From: Candidatus Moanibacter sp.
GTDB taxonomy: Bacteria > Verrucomicrobiota > Verrucomicrobiia > Opitutales > UBA2987
Length of the DNA: 64,000 nt
Assembly: GCA_965215885.1 (NCBI GenBank)
Contig: CBDCEW010000089.1
Location: forward strand, 14,621-78,620
Direction: 5' to 3'
Made by a program: the position numbers and the translations under genes
Part shown: positions 19,260-29,200 of the stretch, in pieces
How positions within the stretch are numbered: position 1 is the stretch's first letter
Layout of the letters: each line of letters opens with the position of its first letter
Notes under the pieces: model-generated
Database searches by the model: none
What the model saw: only the letters and a program-made list of their open reading frames with translations
Told to the model about the DNA's origin: nothing

Positions 19260-19902
19260 TCAGGAGGCAATCCGATGGGGTTGCGGGTTTAAGGATTGAT
19301 CCTGGCGATTACAGACTTCGAAGAGTTCCTCAAGGAAGTTTTCTTTTCGCAGGAGCTTTTTGGGCAATCGACCCACGGCGAGGGTTTTTCTGTTCGCCCG
19401 CCAGTGACTGAAGGGGGGTGCTTTCTGTGCAGCCTGGGCAAGCTTTTGGGGCAGATTATCGATACTGCCTAAAACCAGCTCCACATAGCGGGGATTGTGT
19501 AAGTTGGCCAGGAGCATGTATTCTTCGGGGAGCGCTTCAAAGTCGCGCGTCAGATTTTTGCGCCCGTGGGTTTGACGGCGTTTGCGCTTGGAGGTGCGCC
19601 AGGTGCCTTCCAGCTCATTGGTCGTGCGTACGCTGTCTGGATGGGCCGGTGGGGGAAGCAGCCGCTGCCAGTATTTGTCCAGATGAGTGACCACGGTGCG
19701 GTAGAGTTTGGCTTTCGAGGGGTTGGTCAGGGAGGCGCCTTTTTGGCGATATTGGGCACGCAGCAACTGGAGAGCCTCGGTGAGCTCAGCGGCTTGTCCT
19801 GCTTGCAACAGATAAGGGTCGCTTAAAGGGCAGGGGCCGCTGGCGCTGAGCCAAAGGGCATCGCGCAAAGCGCTGAAAATGCAAAAAGCGTTTTCATAGA
19901 TA
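19260..19902 (-). pseudogene. C-terminal part of the p-MULT-like transposase
   Basis: Joins in frame to 23737-24917 (...EAATI-YENAF...) once the IS dimer and one TAGATA copy are removed. Confidence 0.88.
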
Positions 19903-21818
19903 GACCCCATTCGAAAAGCCTTTCGAGCGGGCGGTTTAAGGTTCTCCGCCACGGGCGGACCAGCCTATGGCTGGCAGGTTTCGGGTTTTAGGCTGCCGGC
20001 GCTGCCGATGAGCAGGTATTGAGCGGCCATCGGCGTGGCTTGCTGCACAATACGTATATTTGCCGCTGTCTGGAGGCATACTCATCCCGTGGTGCTTTTT
20101 TCTCTGAGCTTCAAAGCGGTCAGATTCAGGCTGCCTGTTCCAGTTCCTCCCCTCGGCGTTTCTTCATCAGTATGATGCGGCAGAAGTTGTAGGCCAGAAC
20201 CTTCTCGAGCAGTTCATCGCCTACCGCATCGATGCCGCGGCGGCCGAGTTCGCCAAAGGCAAATCCATCTTTAATCGTGAACATCAGCGACTCCACTGCG
20301 GAGCGATCGCGGCGTGCCTCGCGATACGCCTCGCTCTCCCAGTCCTCGGGGGTGGTCAACTTCTTGCCCTTCGCCCCACTGATACTGATCTGCTTTACCC
20401 CCATGCTCAGCACCTCCTTGCGTCCCTTCGCCGAAGCATATCCGTCATCGGTGCTGACCAGTTCAGCAATGACACCGGTGCGCTTGATCGAATCGCCGAT
20501 GGCCGGCGCCAGCTCAATGGAGTCTGCCGCGTTGCCTTGCGGTACGATCAGGCTGGTGACAAAACCGTTTTCGCTGCGAACCAGTTGTGGCTTGTACCCG
20601 ATCACTGGATTGCGGCTGCCCTTCTTGATGTAGGCCGCCGATCCGTCCGAGAGGCTCAGGACCTTCTGTGTGGACGGTAGCTTCTTTTCGTGAAACACCC
20701 GATCATGAGCATACTCAACAACCCGCTTGGCGTCGGCAATATCGCCCCTGATCTGGCTCAATGCCCGCTCCAGAAGCTCCCGGCGAGTGGGAGGCAGTGA
20801 ATCCATCGACAGGCCCTCTTCAAGATGGCTCAGTTCCCCCGTTAGTGAGTCGGCCGCCTTGCGGCCCCGCTTGAGCAACCGCCGGTAGTGTTTCTTCAGC
20901 TTGCCCTTCGACTTCGGTTTGCCCGCGGCCAGACAAATCTGAAACTCCAGCTTGTCCATTTCCTCCAGCCAACGCCCAACCCATCCCTTGCGAAAATCCT
21001 CCAGCCCGAAGACATGCAACTTCTGACCCAAACGATTGGCCCGCATCAAAAGACCGCTCAGAATCTTCCCATCGGTGGGCCAGCAGCTGTTTGCTTTCAC
21101 CGAGGTGCTGTCGATCGTCAGCTTCCCGAAATCGTCCCATTGCTCCTGGAGGATAAACCCAATCTGTTTATCAAAGATCAACTCGCGGGTCGTATGGCTG
21201 ACCAGGTTCACGTTCTCCAGAATCGTCGTCACCGCCGGCATTCTCAGTCCCCCGCTCTGCAAAAATCCGTACAAGCTCATCGACTCGCGCACAAACCGCC
21301 GTGCCGGTTTCGTGGTCAACGAACCCAGAAACCCTCGAATCATCACGAACACGTATACCGCATAAGCCGGCATCCGCGGCCGGCCTGCCCCAAGATTCAA
21401 TTCAGCAGCCAGAATATTCTCCTCCTCGATGTCCAGCTCCGGCAGCTCCGCTGTGCGCCCTTCAAAGAACCTTCGATCTTCCAATCGAAGTTTCTTCTTC
21501 TCACGCGCATGGGCGTCCAGATCCTTCTCGATCGCCTCGATGATTTGCGCCGCGAACCCGGCCAATTCTTCAACTTCATCCAGAAAATCACGGAAATCCG
21601 TGTCTGGAACCGGCAGAATGAGGTTGCTAAGGGGCGTCTTATCGCTTTTGTTCTCCTCTGTCGCACATGTTGGCATGTTTAACTCATTTCTTAATCTTAA
21701 GTTGTTAAACACTAGCATATTGCGACACTTTTTATCAAGCCAAAAATGATTTTTCTCAAGTTTTTCTTGCGCCTTTTGCGCCTCTTTGCGGCAAATCAGT
21801 AGCTTTTCGGATAAGGTC
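19903..21818 (-). mobile_element. IS5/ISNCY-like insertion sequence, copy 1 (1916 bp)
   Basis: 16 bp imperfect TIRs GACCCCATTCGAAAAG and GACCTTATCCGAAAAG; TAGATA at 19897-19902. Confidence 0.92.
20126..21676 (-). CDS. DDE transposase (IS5/ISNCY-like), intact
   Basis: IDST-x-VKAN-xx-WPTD, DDGY and RSAVES motifs; start ATG 21676 lies inside the element. Confidence 0.88.
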   Translation of the reverse strand: MPTCATEENKSDKTPLSNLILPVPDTDFRDFLDEVEELAGFAAQIIEAIEKDLDAHAREKKKLRLEDRRFFEGRTAELPELDIEEENILAAELNLGAGRPRMPAYAVYVFVMIRGFLGSLTTKPARRFVRESMSLYGFLQSGGLRMPAVTTILENVNLVSHTTRELIFDKQIGFILQEQWDDFGKLTIDSTSVKANSCWPTDGKILSGLLMRANRLGQKLHVFGLEDFRKGWVGRWLEEMDKLEFQICLAAGKPKSKGKLKKHYRRLLKRGRKAADSLTGELSHLEEGLSMDSLPPTRRELLERALSQIRGDIADAKRVVEYAHDRVFHEKKLPSTQKVLSLSDGSAAYIKKGSRNPVIGYKPQLVRSENGFVTSLIVPQGNAADSIELAPAIGDSIKRTGVIAELVSTDDGYASAKGRKEVLSMGVKQISISGAKGKKLTTPEDWESEAYREARRDRSAVESLMFTIKDGFAFGELGRRGIDAVGDELLEKVLAYNFCRIILMKKRRGEELEQAA

Positions 21819-21824
21819 ATTCTA

Positions 21825-23736
21825 GACCCCATTCGAAAAGCCTTTCGAGCGGGCGGTTTAAGGTTCTCCGCCACGGGCGGACCAGCCTATGGCTGGCAGG
21901 TTTCGGGTTTTAGGCTGCCGGCGCTGCCGATGAGCAGGTATTGAGCGGCCATCGGCGTGGCTTGCTGCACAATACGTATATTTGCCGCTGTCTGGAGGCA
22001 TACTCATCCCGTGGTGCTTTTTTCTCTGAGCTTCAAAGCGGTCAGATTCAGGCTGCCTGTTCCAGTTCCTCCCCTCGGCGTTTCTTCATCAGTATGATGC
22101 GGCAGAAGTTGTAGGCCAGAACCTTCTCGAGCAGTTCATCGCCTACCGCATCGATGCCGCGGCGGCCGAGTTCGCCAAAGGCAAATCCATCTTTAATCGT
22201 GAACATCAGCGACTCCACTGCGGAGCGATCGCGGCGTGCCTCGCGATACGCCTCGCTCTCCCAGTCCTCGGGGGTGGTCAACTTCTTGCCCTTCGCCCCA
22301 CTGATACTGATCTGCTTTACCCCCATGCTCAGCACCTCCTTGCGTCCCTTCGCCGAAGCATATCCGTCATCGGTGCTGACCAGTTCAGCAATGACACCGG
22401 TGCGCTTGATCGAATCGCCGATGGCCGGCGCCAGCTCAATGGAGTCTGCCGCGTTGCCTTGCGGTACGATCAGGCTGGTGACAAAACCGTTTTCGCTGCG
22501 AACCAGTTGTGGCTTGTACCCGATCACTGGATTGCGGCTGCCCTTCTTGATGTAGGCCGCCGATCCGTCCGAGAGGCTCAGGACCTTCTGTGTGGACGGT
22601 AGCTTCTTTTCGTGAAACACCCGATCATGAGCATACTCAACAACCCGCTTGGCGTCGGCAATATCGCCCCTGATCTGGCTCAATGCCCGCTCCAGAAGCT
22701 CCCGGCGAGTGGGAGGCAGTGAATCCATCGACAGGCCCTCTTCAAGATGGCTCAGTTCCCCCGTTAGTGAGTCGGCCGCCTTGCGGCCCCGCTTGAGCAA
22801 CCGCCGGTAGTGTTTCTTCAGCTTGCCCTTCGACTTCGGTTTGCCCGCGGCCAGACAAATCTGAAACTCCAGCTTGTCCATTTCCTCCAGCCAACGCCCA
22901 ACCCATCCCTTGCGAAAATCCTCCAGCCCGAAGACATGCAACTTCTGACCCAAACGATTGGCCCGCATCAAAAGACCGCTCAGAATCTTCCCATCGGTGG
23001 GCCAGCAGCTGTTTGCTTTCACCGAGGTGCTGTCGATCGTCAGCTTCCCGAAATCGTCCCATTGCTCCTGGAGGATAAACCCAATCTGTTTATCAAAGAT
23101 CAACTCGCGGGTCGTATGGCTGACCAGGTTCACGTTCTCCAGAATCGTCGTCACCGCCGGCATTCTCAGTCCCCCGCTCTGCAAAAATCCGTACAAGCTC
23201 ATCGACTCGCGCACAAACCGCCGTGCCGGTTTCGTGGTCAACGAACCCAGAAACCCTCGGCATCACGAACACGTATACCGCATAAGCCGGCATCCGCGGC
23301 CGGCCTGCCCCAAGATTCAATTCAGCAGCCAGAATATTCTCCTCCTCGATGTCCAGCTCCGGCAGGTCCGCTGTGCGCCCTTCAAAGAACCTTCGATCTT
23401 CCAATCGAAGTTTCTTCTTCTCACGCGCATGGGCGTCCTCCTTCTCGATCGCCTCGATGATTTGCGCCGCGAACCCGGCCAATTCTTCAACTTCATCCAG
23501 AAAATCACGGAAATCCGTGTCTGGAACCGGCAGAATGAGGTTGCTAAGGGGCGTCTTATCGCTTTTGTTCTCCTCTGTCGCACATGTTGGCATGTTTAAC
23601 TCCTTTCTTAATCTTAGGTTGTTAAACACTAGCAATGTTGCGACACTTTTTATCAAGCCAAAAATGATTTTTCTCAAGTTTTTCTTGCGCCTTTTGCGCC
23701 TCTTTGCGGCCAATCAGTAGCTTTTCGGATAAGGTC
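21825..23736 (-). mobile_element. IS5/ISNCY-like insertion sequence, copy 2 (1912 bp), frameshifted transposase
   Basis: Direct repeat of copy 1 after the 6 bp spacer ATTCTA; indels near 23258 and 23438; TAGATA at 23737-23742. Confidence 0.92.
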
Positions 23737-24917
23737 TAGATAGTAGCGGCTTCGATGACGAGGGCATCAGCCAGATACTGCTTCAACCCGGTCGAAAGAT
23801 GAAAGAAGCTTCGCAGAACAGAGCAACTGGCAGGAGCGCGGGCAAGCCACTGCTCCAGGGCGGCATGGGCGCGCACGACCCGCCGATGCCAATAAAGCAG
23901 GTAAGGATCGAAGGGAAAGCCCTGGCGGTGACCGTCGCAGGGATAATCCAAAATCCACAATTGCAGGGCCATGAGCAGTTCCCGTGCAAGGGTGGGATCG
24001 AAGGGCACTGCGAGCGCTTTGGCGGTGAGCAAATCGGCCAGGACGAGGGCGTGTTTTTCACGGAGGGCGTCACGGAGCTTTGCGGTGATGTGTTTGCGTT
24101 GCGCGCGCATGCGCTCCATGAGCTTCAATTGCCGCAAGCGCCCGTTGAGCATCTGCTGGGGTTTTCGATAAAGCTGTTCGCCCACATTGCGGGCGAAATG
24201 ATAATGGCAGACGCCATGGGGGGCCTGGAAGGTTTCGCTCTCGCAGGCCTTGCTGATCTGAGCGCTTAAATCATGATAGACATGGTGGGGTTGGCCAAAA
24301 GCCCGGGCCGCCCGGGCAAAACAGCCACTGATCGTTTCGCTCTGTTCGGAAGGCATTTTCCAGCTGCCCAAAAGGATCCCTTCGTCGGCTTCCTGAACAG
24401 CGAAGAAAACCGGCGTCTGCGGTTCCACGGTCCCATCCACCAGCCAGCGCAGGCAAGGGCGAGCGCTCAGGTAATCTTTAAGCACCGGAGCGGCCGCGGC
24501 GTGCAGCCGACCCAGATAAAAAAGAAACTTCTGCTGCATCTCATAGAGGCTGCTTTGAGCAATCTGCAGCTGCCCCGGGCCCTCGCGCAGTTCCCTGTGC
24601 ACCTCTTTGAGGGTGGCGCTTTCGCACAAACATCGCTTGCCCACATAGGCAATCAGATCGTAAGCGTAGCGACTATGCGAGGGCACGATCTGTTCCAGGC
24701 GAGCAGAACGGTAGCTGTTGCGGTGGCTCCCTTGCCCCTGCTCGCGCACAACTTCCACCGCCTGGAAGCATCCATAGGAGAAACTGACCACCTTGCGGCG
24801 CAGGGTCTTGCGCACCTCTGAAGGACCCTCTTCGTCCTCCCGGGCATCGAAGCGATAACTCGTTTGCGCAGGCACAGCCCCCACCGTTTGCAGGGCCCGT
24901 TCAGCCTCTGCCCGCAA
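23737..24917 (-). pseudogene. N-terminal part of the p-MULT-like transposase
   Basis: LVDGT, VYHDLS and VCHYHF motifs; cut by the IS dimer. Confidence 0.85.
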
Positions 24918-24918
24918 A

Positions 24919-25671
24919 TCATGTAACAGCTCCGCTACCGCGATCGGTCCGGTTTTTTTTGAGCGAGTAAAACGCCATCACCCGCTCAATTTGCTCCCCG
25001 CTCAGCTCTACTCCCTGCTCTTGCATAAGCTCGACAAGCTCCTTGACCCCGGCCTCGGGATGGCCGATACAGGCGACCAGCAAAGCGATCACGACCATCG
25101 TTTCGAGCCCTTCGGGAGCTGCCTGCAAAGCGCCCCCGGGGTCCCCTGCCTGAACTTGTGCCGCTGTTCTTCGCCCTTGCCGCCGCTTTTTCTGTTCGGC
25201 CCCGCCCTGTTCCCCGGCCGAGACATACACGCAGTGACGCCCTTCATAGTATCGACTCAACCGCTTCTTTCTACAAAGCACGCTTATGGGGTTGTGCACC
25301 CGTACCCCAAGGAGGGTCTCCAACTCAGCCACCGTGTAGCCGCAAAGCGAAGCTCCCACCACCGCCTCCACGGTCTCCTCCAAGGTGCCGTGGCGCGAAA
25401 AGCGCCCCTTGCGAAAACGCCACAAACCGGCCCCGTCAAAGCGCGGAATGTCTTTCAAGCTCAGGTAGCCACAATTGGCATTGTAACTGGAGTAATGGCC
25501 ATATTTTTGCAAAGCCCGATAGACCGTTCGCCGCGACACCCTCTGCTCCTTCATCAGCCTCCACACCGTGCTTACCCGATCCCGCCGTACCGCTTCGACC
25601 ACCTCCCTCTCTTTACGCGAAAGCTCTTCTTGCATGCACCGGCACAGTATGGAAAGGAGGCAAAACTGCAA
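24919..25671 (-). CDS. Transposon accessory ORF, putative HTH DNA-binding protein
   Basis: Lies within the TIRs upstream of the transposase; VSRRTVYRAL HTH-like segment; ends just after an A8 run. Confidence 0.75.
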   Translation of the reverse strand: MQFCLLSILCRCMQEELSRKEREVVEAVRRDRVSTVWRLMKEQRVSRRTVYRALQKYGHYSSYNANCGYLSLKDIPRFDGAGLWRFRKGRFSRHGTLEETVEAVVGASLCGYTVAELETLLGVRVHNPISVLCRKKRLSRYYEGRHCVYVSAGEQGGAEQKKRRQGRRTAAQVQAGDPGGALQAAPEGLETMVVIALLVACIGHPEAGVKELVELMQEQGVELSGEQIERVMAFYSLKKNRTDRGSGAVT

Positions 25672-25956
25672 ACTTTATTTTACATACAATGCCAATACCA
25701 ACTTTCTCCAGCTCCCTTCGCTTCTACTCAATTGCCACCAGAAATCAACTCCCCGTTCAAAGCGCTTTTGTAACTGATTAATACTCAACAAGTTTCTAAC
25801 TGAAAACAAACCTGCAGGAAAAGCTCTCTACCTCTAACGAACCCACACACAACAATCGTTGAAACTCCATTCTGGCATACTATGTAATCAATAGAATCTT
25901 GCAAGTGCCTGAATAACATTTACTTTGGGTTCTCCAACCCAATTTCGTAATTATGG

Positions 25957-26439
25957 AGTCTTGCGTGGGCCATCCGGATCAGCATGGTGCTGCTGGTTGT
26001 CGCCCAGATTCTCGGCATCCTGATCATTCTTAACGGCATTCCAAAAGTGATCGACTTCCAGACTGGGGAGTTCATTAGCGGGGGCACCAGGTCTGCCTAC
26101 ATCTTCGGTGAGGCGGGCGACATGAAGGTACCCCATGCACTCACTTTGCACGCCGTGCAAGTGCTGCCGGTGTTGGCTTGGCTGCTGCTCTTTACAAACT
26201 GGAGAGAAATCCGACGTACCCGGGTCGTCATTGTGGCAGCTCTAGGCTACACCGGGCTGGTTGCGGTAAGCGCCTTTCAGTCGTTCAGTGGATTGGCAAC
26301 GTTTGATCTGAACCTGCTGGCTGCACTGGTGCTTGGGATTGGTTTAGTCAGCCTCGGGGCTGCCTACGTCATGGCGCTGATCGGGGTCCAGCAGGCCATG
26401 GCGCAGAAAGCACCCGAGGGGGCAGTTGCGGGAAACTAG
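25957..26439 (+). pseudogene. Membrane protein, probably 5'-truncated by the transposon
   Basis: Hydrophobic ORF (PHALTLHAVQVLP) starting just beyond the TIR. Confidence 0.6.
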
Positions 26440-26450
26440 GAGAAGCCACA

Positions 26451-26870
26451 ATGGAAACGATATTCTCACTGAGCTTCTTGCTCGTCGCGCCGTTTTGGTT
26501 CCTGATGATCCTTGTGCCCCATTGGCACTGGACATCCCGTATCATGCGATCGCCGCTAGTCGTCGCGCCGGCTGCCGCTTTCTACCTTGTGCTCGTGCTG
26601 CCGCAATTTGTCACAGTCTTCCTGGTGGTGCTCAACCCAACACTCCCTACCGTTGCAGCACTGCTCGGCGCTGAGACCGGCGCCACGATCGCCTGGGTGC
26701 ACTTTCTGGCCTTCGACCTGTTTGTGGGGCGCTGGGCCTACCTCGACAGCTTGGAGCGGAGCATCAGCGCCTGGGTCATGGCGCCAGTACTGTTTTTCAC
26801 GCTGATGTTAGGGCCAATCGGTTTCCTTCTCTACCTCGGGTTGCGAGATGTGTTGAGGCGGAATCGATAG
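26451..26870 (+). CDS. ABA4-like/DUF4281 membrane protein
   Basis: AWVHFLAFDLFVGRW, LMLGPIGFLLY; GGAG RBS. Confidence 0.88.
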   Translation: METIFSLSFLLVAPFWFLMILVPHWHWTSRIMRSPLVVAPAAAFYLVLVLPQFVTVFLVVLNPTLPTVAALLGAETGATIAWVHFLAFDLFVGRWAYLDSLERSISAWVMAPVLFFTLMLGPIGFLLYLGLRDVLRRNR

Positions 26871-27029
26871 TGGCGCTTTAAACCATTCCCAGGTTCACGC
26901 GAACGGTCAGCTAGTGGTTCAAGCTTCTCGTTCAGACAGGGTTTTCACTGGAACATGTGGGGGAGCCACGACCTCACCCCAGATTTTGCATTGCAAAATC
27001 CCTATAAATTCTGTGAAACAGAATTTATC

Positions 27030-27443
27030 ATGAATAAATTCCTTCACACCCGTATCCGCGTGAGCGATCTCGAACAATCGATCAGGTACTATTGCGACAA
27101 TTTCGAATTTCGCGTATCGAGGCGGAGCGACAAGTCGCCCGCCGGCAACCAGATTGTCATGCTCGAACTTCCGGGGAATGAGCATCTTCTGGAGCTCACT
27201 TACTCCCCGGATTATGAACTCAACGTCCCGGAAGACCTGATGCATTTCGCCATCGGCGTGCCCGATCTTATCGAGTATTGCGATCGACTGGAGAAGAATG
27301 GCCTGGGAATCTGGCCGGATAATTGGCGGGAGGAGTTTGTCTCGGGGCTGAAGATGGCATTCGTTGACGATCCCGACGGTTACGAGATTGAGGTTCTGGA
27401 GAGGAAGGAAGAAAGGGCCGAGGATAAATTTCTGAATGATTGA
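27030..27443 (+). CDS. VOC/lactoylglutathione lyase-family protein
   Basis: FLHTRIRVSDLE, LELTY, HFAIGV, FVDDPDGYEIEV. Confidence 0.9.
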   Translation: MNKFLHTRIRVSDLEQSIRYYCDNFEFRVSRRSDKSPAGNQIVMLELPGNEHLLELTYSPDYELNVPEDLMHFAIGVPDLIEYCDRLEKNGLGIWPDNWREEFVSGLKMAFVDDPDGYEIEVLERKEERAEDKFLND

Positions 27444-27588
27444 GGGTTAACCCGGCCACGGCTGACCCGCACTTTCTCTGCCGTACGGCAAAGCGGGTTT
27501 CCGGGCGGGATTTTCAGGCGTTTCGAGGGCGAAAATTGCCTGTTTGGTGGATCAACTATCGTCCTCGTTCTCGAAGATTCGGAAAGAT

Positions 27589-27653
27589 CGAAAAGCTTCC
27601 GCTTTCCGCTACATGTTCCGGTCCAGAACGTAGCGGAAGGCGGAAGCTTTTCG
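27589..27653. repeat. GTAG REP doublet, foot-to-foot
   Basis: 24 bp inverted arms with one mismatch and a 17 bp spacer. Confidence 0.88.
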
Positions 27654-27995
27654 TCTTCCAGGATGCCCGAAGTTTCCCCTCCGATTGGTCCGGCAAGTGC
27701 CATCGCGCCGGGGGCACCAGTAAATTGAAGCTTCCCTGCCGTCCGACAGGCGGTTTTCCGGGTGTTCAGGTGAGATATCATTTTCGTAATCGTGCTCGTT
27801 CTCGAAATTGGACGAGAACGATTATCCCGCTGAGCGGAAAGCACGATTGCGTGGGAACGGTAACAGTAGGTCAATGTGGTTACGGATTTTCGGCCAGGGA
27901 AACCGGGATCCGACCCACCCCTAACCCCTCCGTGGGAGGGGAACTGTCCAAGGTAGCACCGTACTTACTTATTGGGATACTAAAGGAGAGGCGGC

Positions 27996-28868
27996 CTACT
28001 TTTCGTAGAGCTTGTAGATTGCCTGGGTTCCGTAGTCGCCGCCACCCTCGGCCGCGAGTTGGTCGTATTTCCGTTTTGCCATTTGAAGTCCCGTTAAGTC
28101 CAGATTCAGTTCTTCGGCTACTTCCAGGGCGATTGTCATATCCTTGATAAAGTGCTTTACAAAGAATCCGGGAGCGAAATCGCCTTTCAGGAATCTGGGT
28201 GCAAGGTTGCTGAGTGACCAACTTCCGGCCGCCCCGCTCTCGATACATTGGATCACGCGATTTGGGTCCAAGCCCGCATTTTTTGCGTATGTCATAGCCT
28301 CTGAAATCGCGATCATACTCGAGGCGATGGCGATCTGATTGCTCATCTTTGTATGCTGACCTGCGCCCGGGCCGCCCATCAACATGATGTTTTTTCCCAT
28401 GAGATCGAAAATCGGTTTCACCCGATTGAATGCCTCTTCGTCGCCGCCGACCATGATCGACAGGCGCGCTTCTCTGGCGCCGATGTCGCCGCCCGATACG
28501 GGAGCGTCGAGGGAGGAGACACCCTTTTCCCTGGCGGCATCGTAGATCCGTTTTGCCAGGACCGGACTCGAGGTGGTCATATCAATAATGACCGAGCCCG
28601 ATCGGGTATTGGAAACGATGCCGCTGTCTTCCAGATAGACTGCCTCCACGTCGGCGGGAAATCCGACGATCGTGATGATGACCTCGGAGGCGGCGGAAAC
28701 CTCACCGGGCGAGTCTTTCCAGACGGCTCCATCCGCGACGAGACCATCCGTCTTCTCTCTTGTGCGATTGTATACGTTTACGGGATGGCCGCCCTTTAGC
28801 AAATGCCCGGCCATGCTGCGTCCCATGACCCCCGTTCCGATGAATCCGATGATTTCCTTGTTTTCCAT
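27996..28868 (-). CDS. 3-hydroxyisobutyrate/2-hydroxy-3-oxopropionate dehydrogenase-family protein
   Basis: GFIGTGVMG, DAPVSGGD, GQHTKMSNQ, FAPGF. Confidence 0.92.
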   Translation of the reverse strand: MENKEIIGFIGTGVMGRSMAGHLLKGGHPVNVYNRTREKTDGLVADGAVWKDSPGEVSAASEVIITIVGFPADVEAVYLEDSGIVSNTRSGSVIIDMTTSSPVLAKRIYDAAREKGVSSLDAPVSGGDIGAREARLSIMVGGDEEAFNRVKPIFDLMGKNIMLMGGPGAGQHTKMSNQIAIASSMIAISEAMTYAKNAGLDPNRVIQCIESGAAGSWSLSNLAPRFLKGDFAPGFFVKHFIKDMTIALEVAEELNLDLTGLQMAKRKYDQLAAEGGGDYGTQAIYKLYEK

Positions 28869-28953
28869 AGTACGAGACTGTAAAGGAGTTTTGGCGTCTG
28901 CCAAGGAAATCTGTCAGGATGGGAGAACGAAGGGAAAGAGAATTAATCTCTCA

Positions 28954-28976
28954 CGCAAAGCCGCAAAGACGCAAAG
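28954..28976 (+). repeat. CGCAAAG x3 short repeat
   Basis: Near-identical unit at 33246-33269. Confidence 0.75.
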
Positions 28977-29200
28977 AGAAGAGGTATGGCAACGGATCAA
29001 AGGACAGCAACGGATTTGCTTTAAAGCATACTCAATGAGATTGGGAAAAGGGGATCAAGACAGCTAAGAAGAATCAGAAGAGAATGAGTGGGAGTGGTCT
29101 CACGCGTCTCACTCGACGAAATGGCTTGAGTATCTTGATAGAGCGGTACTGCATGGTTTGGCCAATATGAACCCAATCTATATAATGAAAGAGAGTCAAA

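Larger units (their letters stand above)
19162..25956 (-). mobile_element. Two-ORF IS256/Mutator-like (p-MULT) element, interrupted
   Basis: Imperfect TIRs CCATCGTTCTGAATTTCGGTTGG and CCATAATTACGAAATTGGGTTGG (17/23). DDE-type ORF carries CHYH and RTTNELE motifs. Confidence 0.75.

Noticed and set aside
19903..19952. Shared N-terminus MAENLKPPARKAFRMGS of ORFs 19260-19952 and 20126-21874
   Set aside because: Outward-reading frame from the IS end; not a real start for either protein.
27440..28147. 235 aa ORF across the intergenic repeat cluster
   Set aside because: Arg/Pro-rich composition, spans REP units and overlaps a real gene on the opposite strand.
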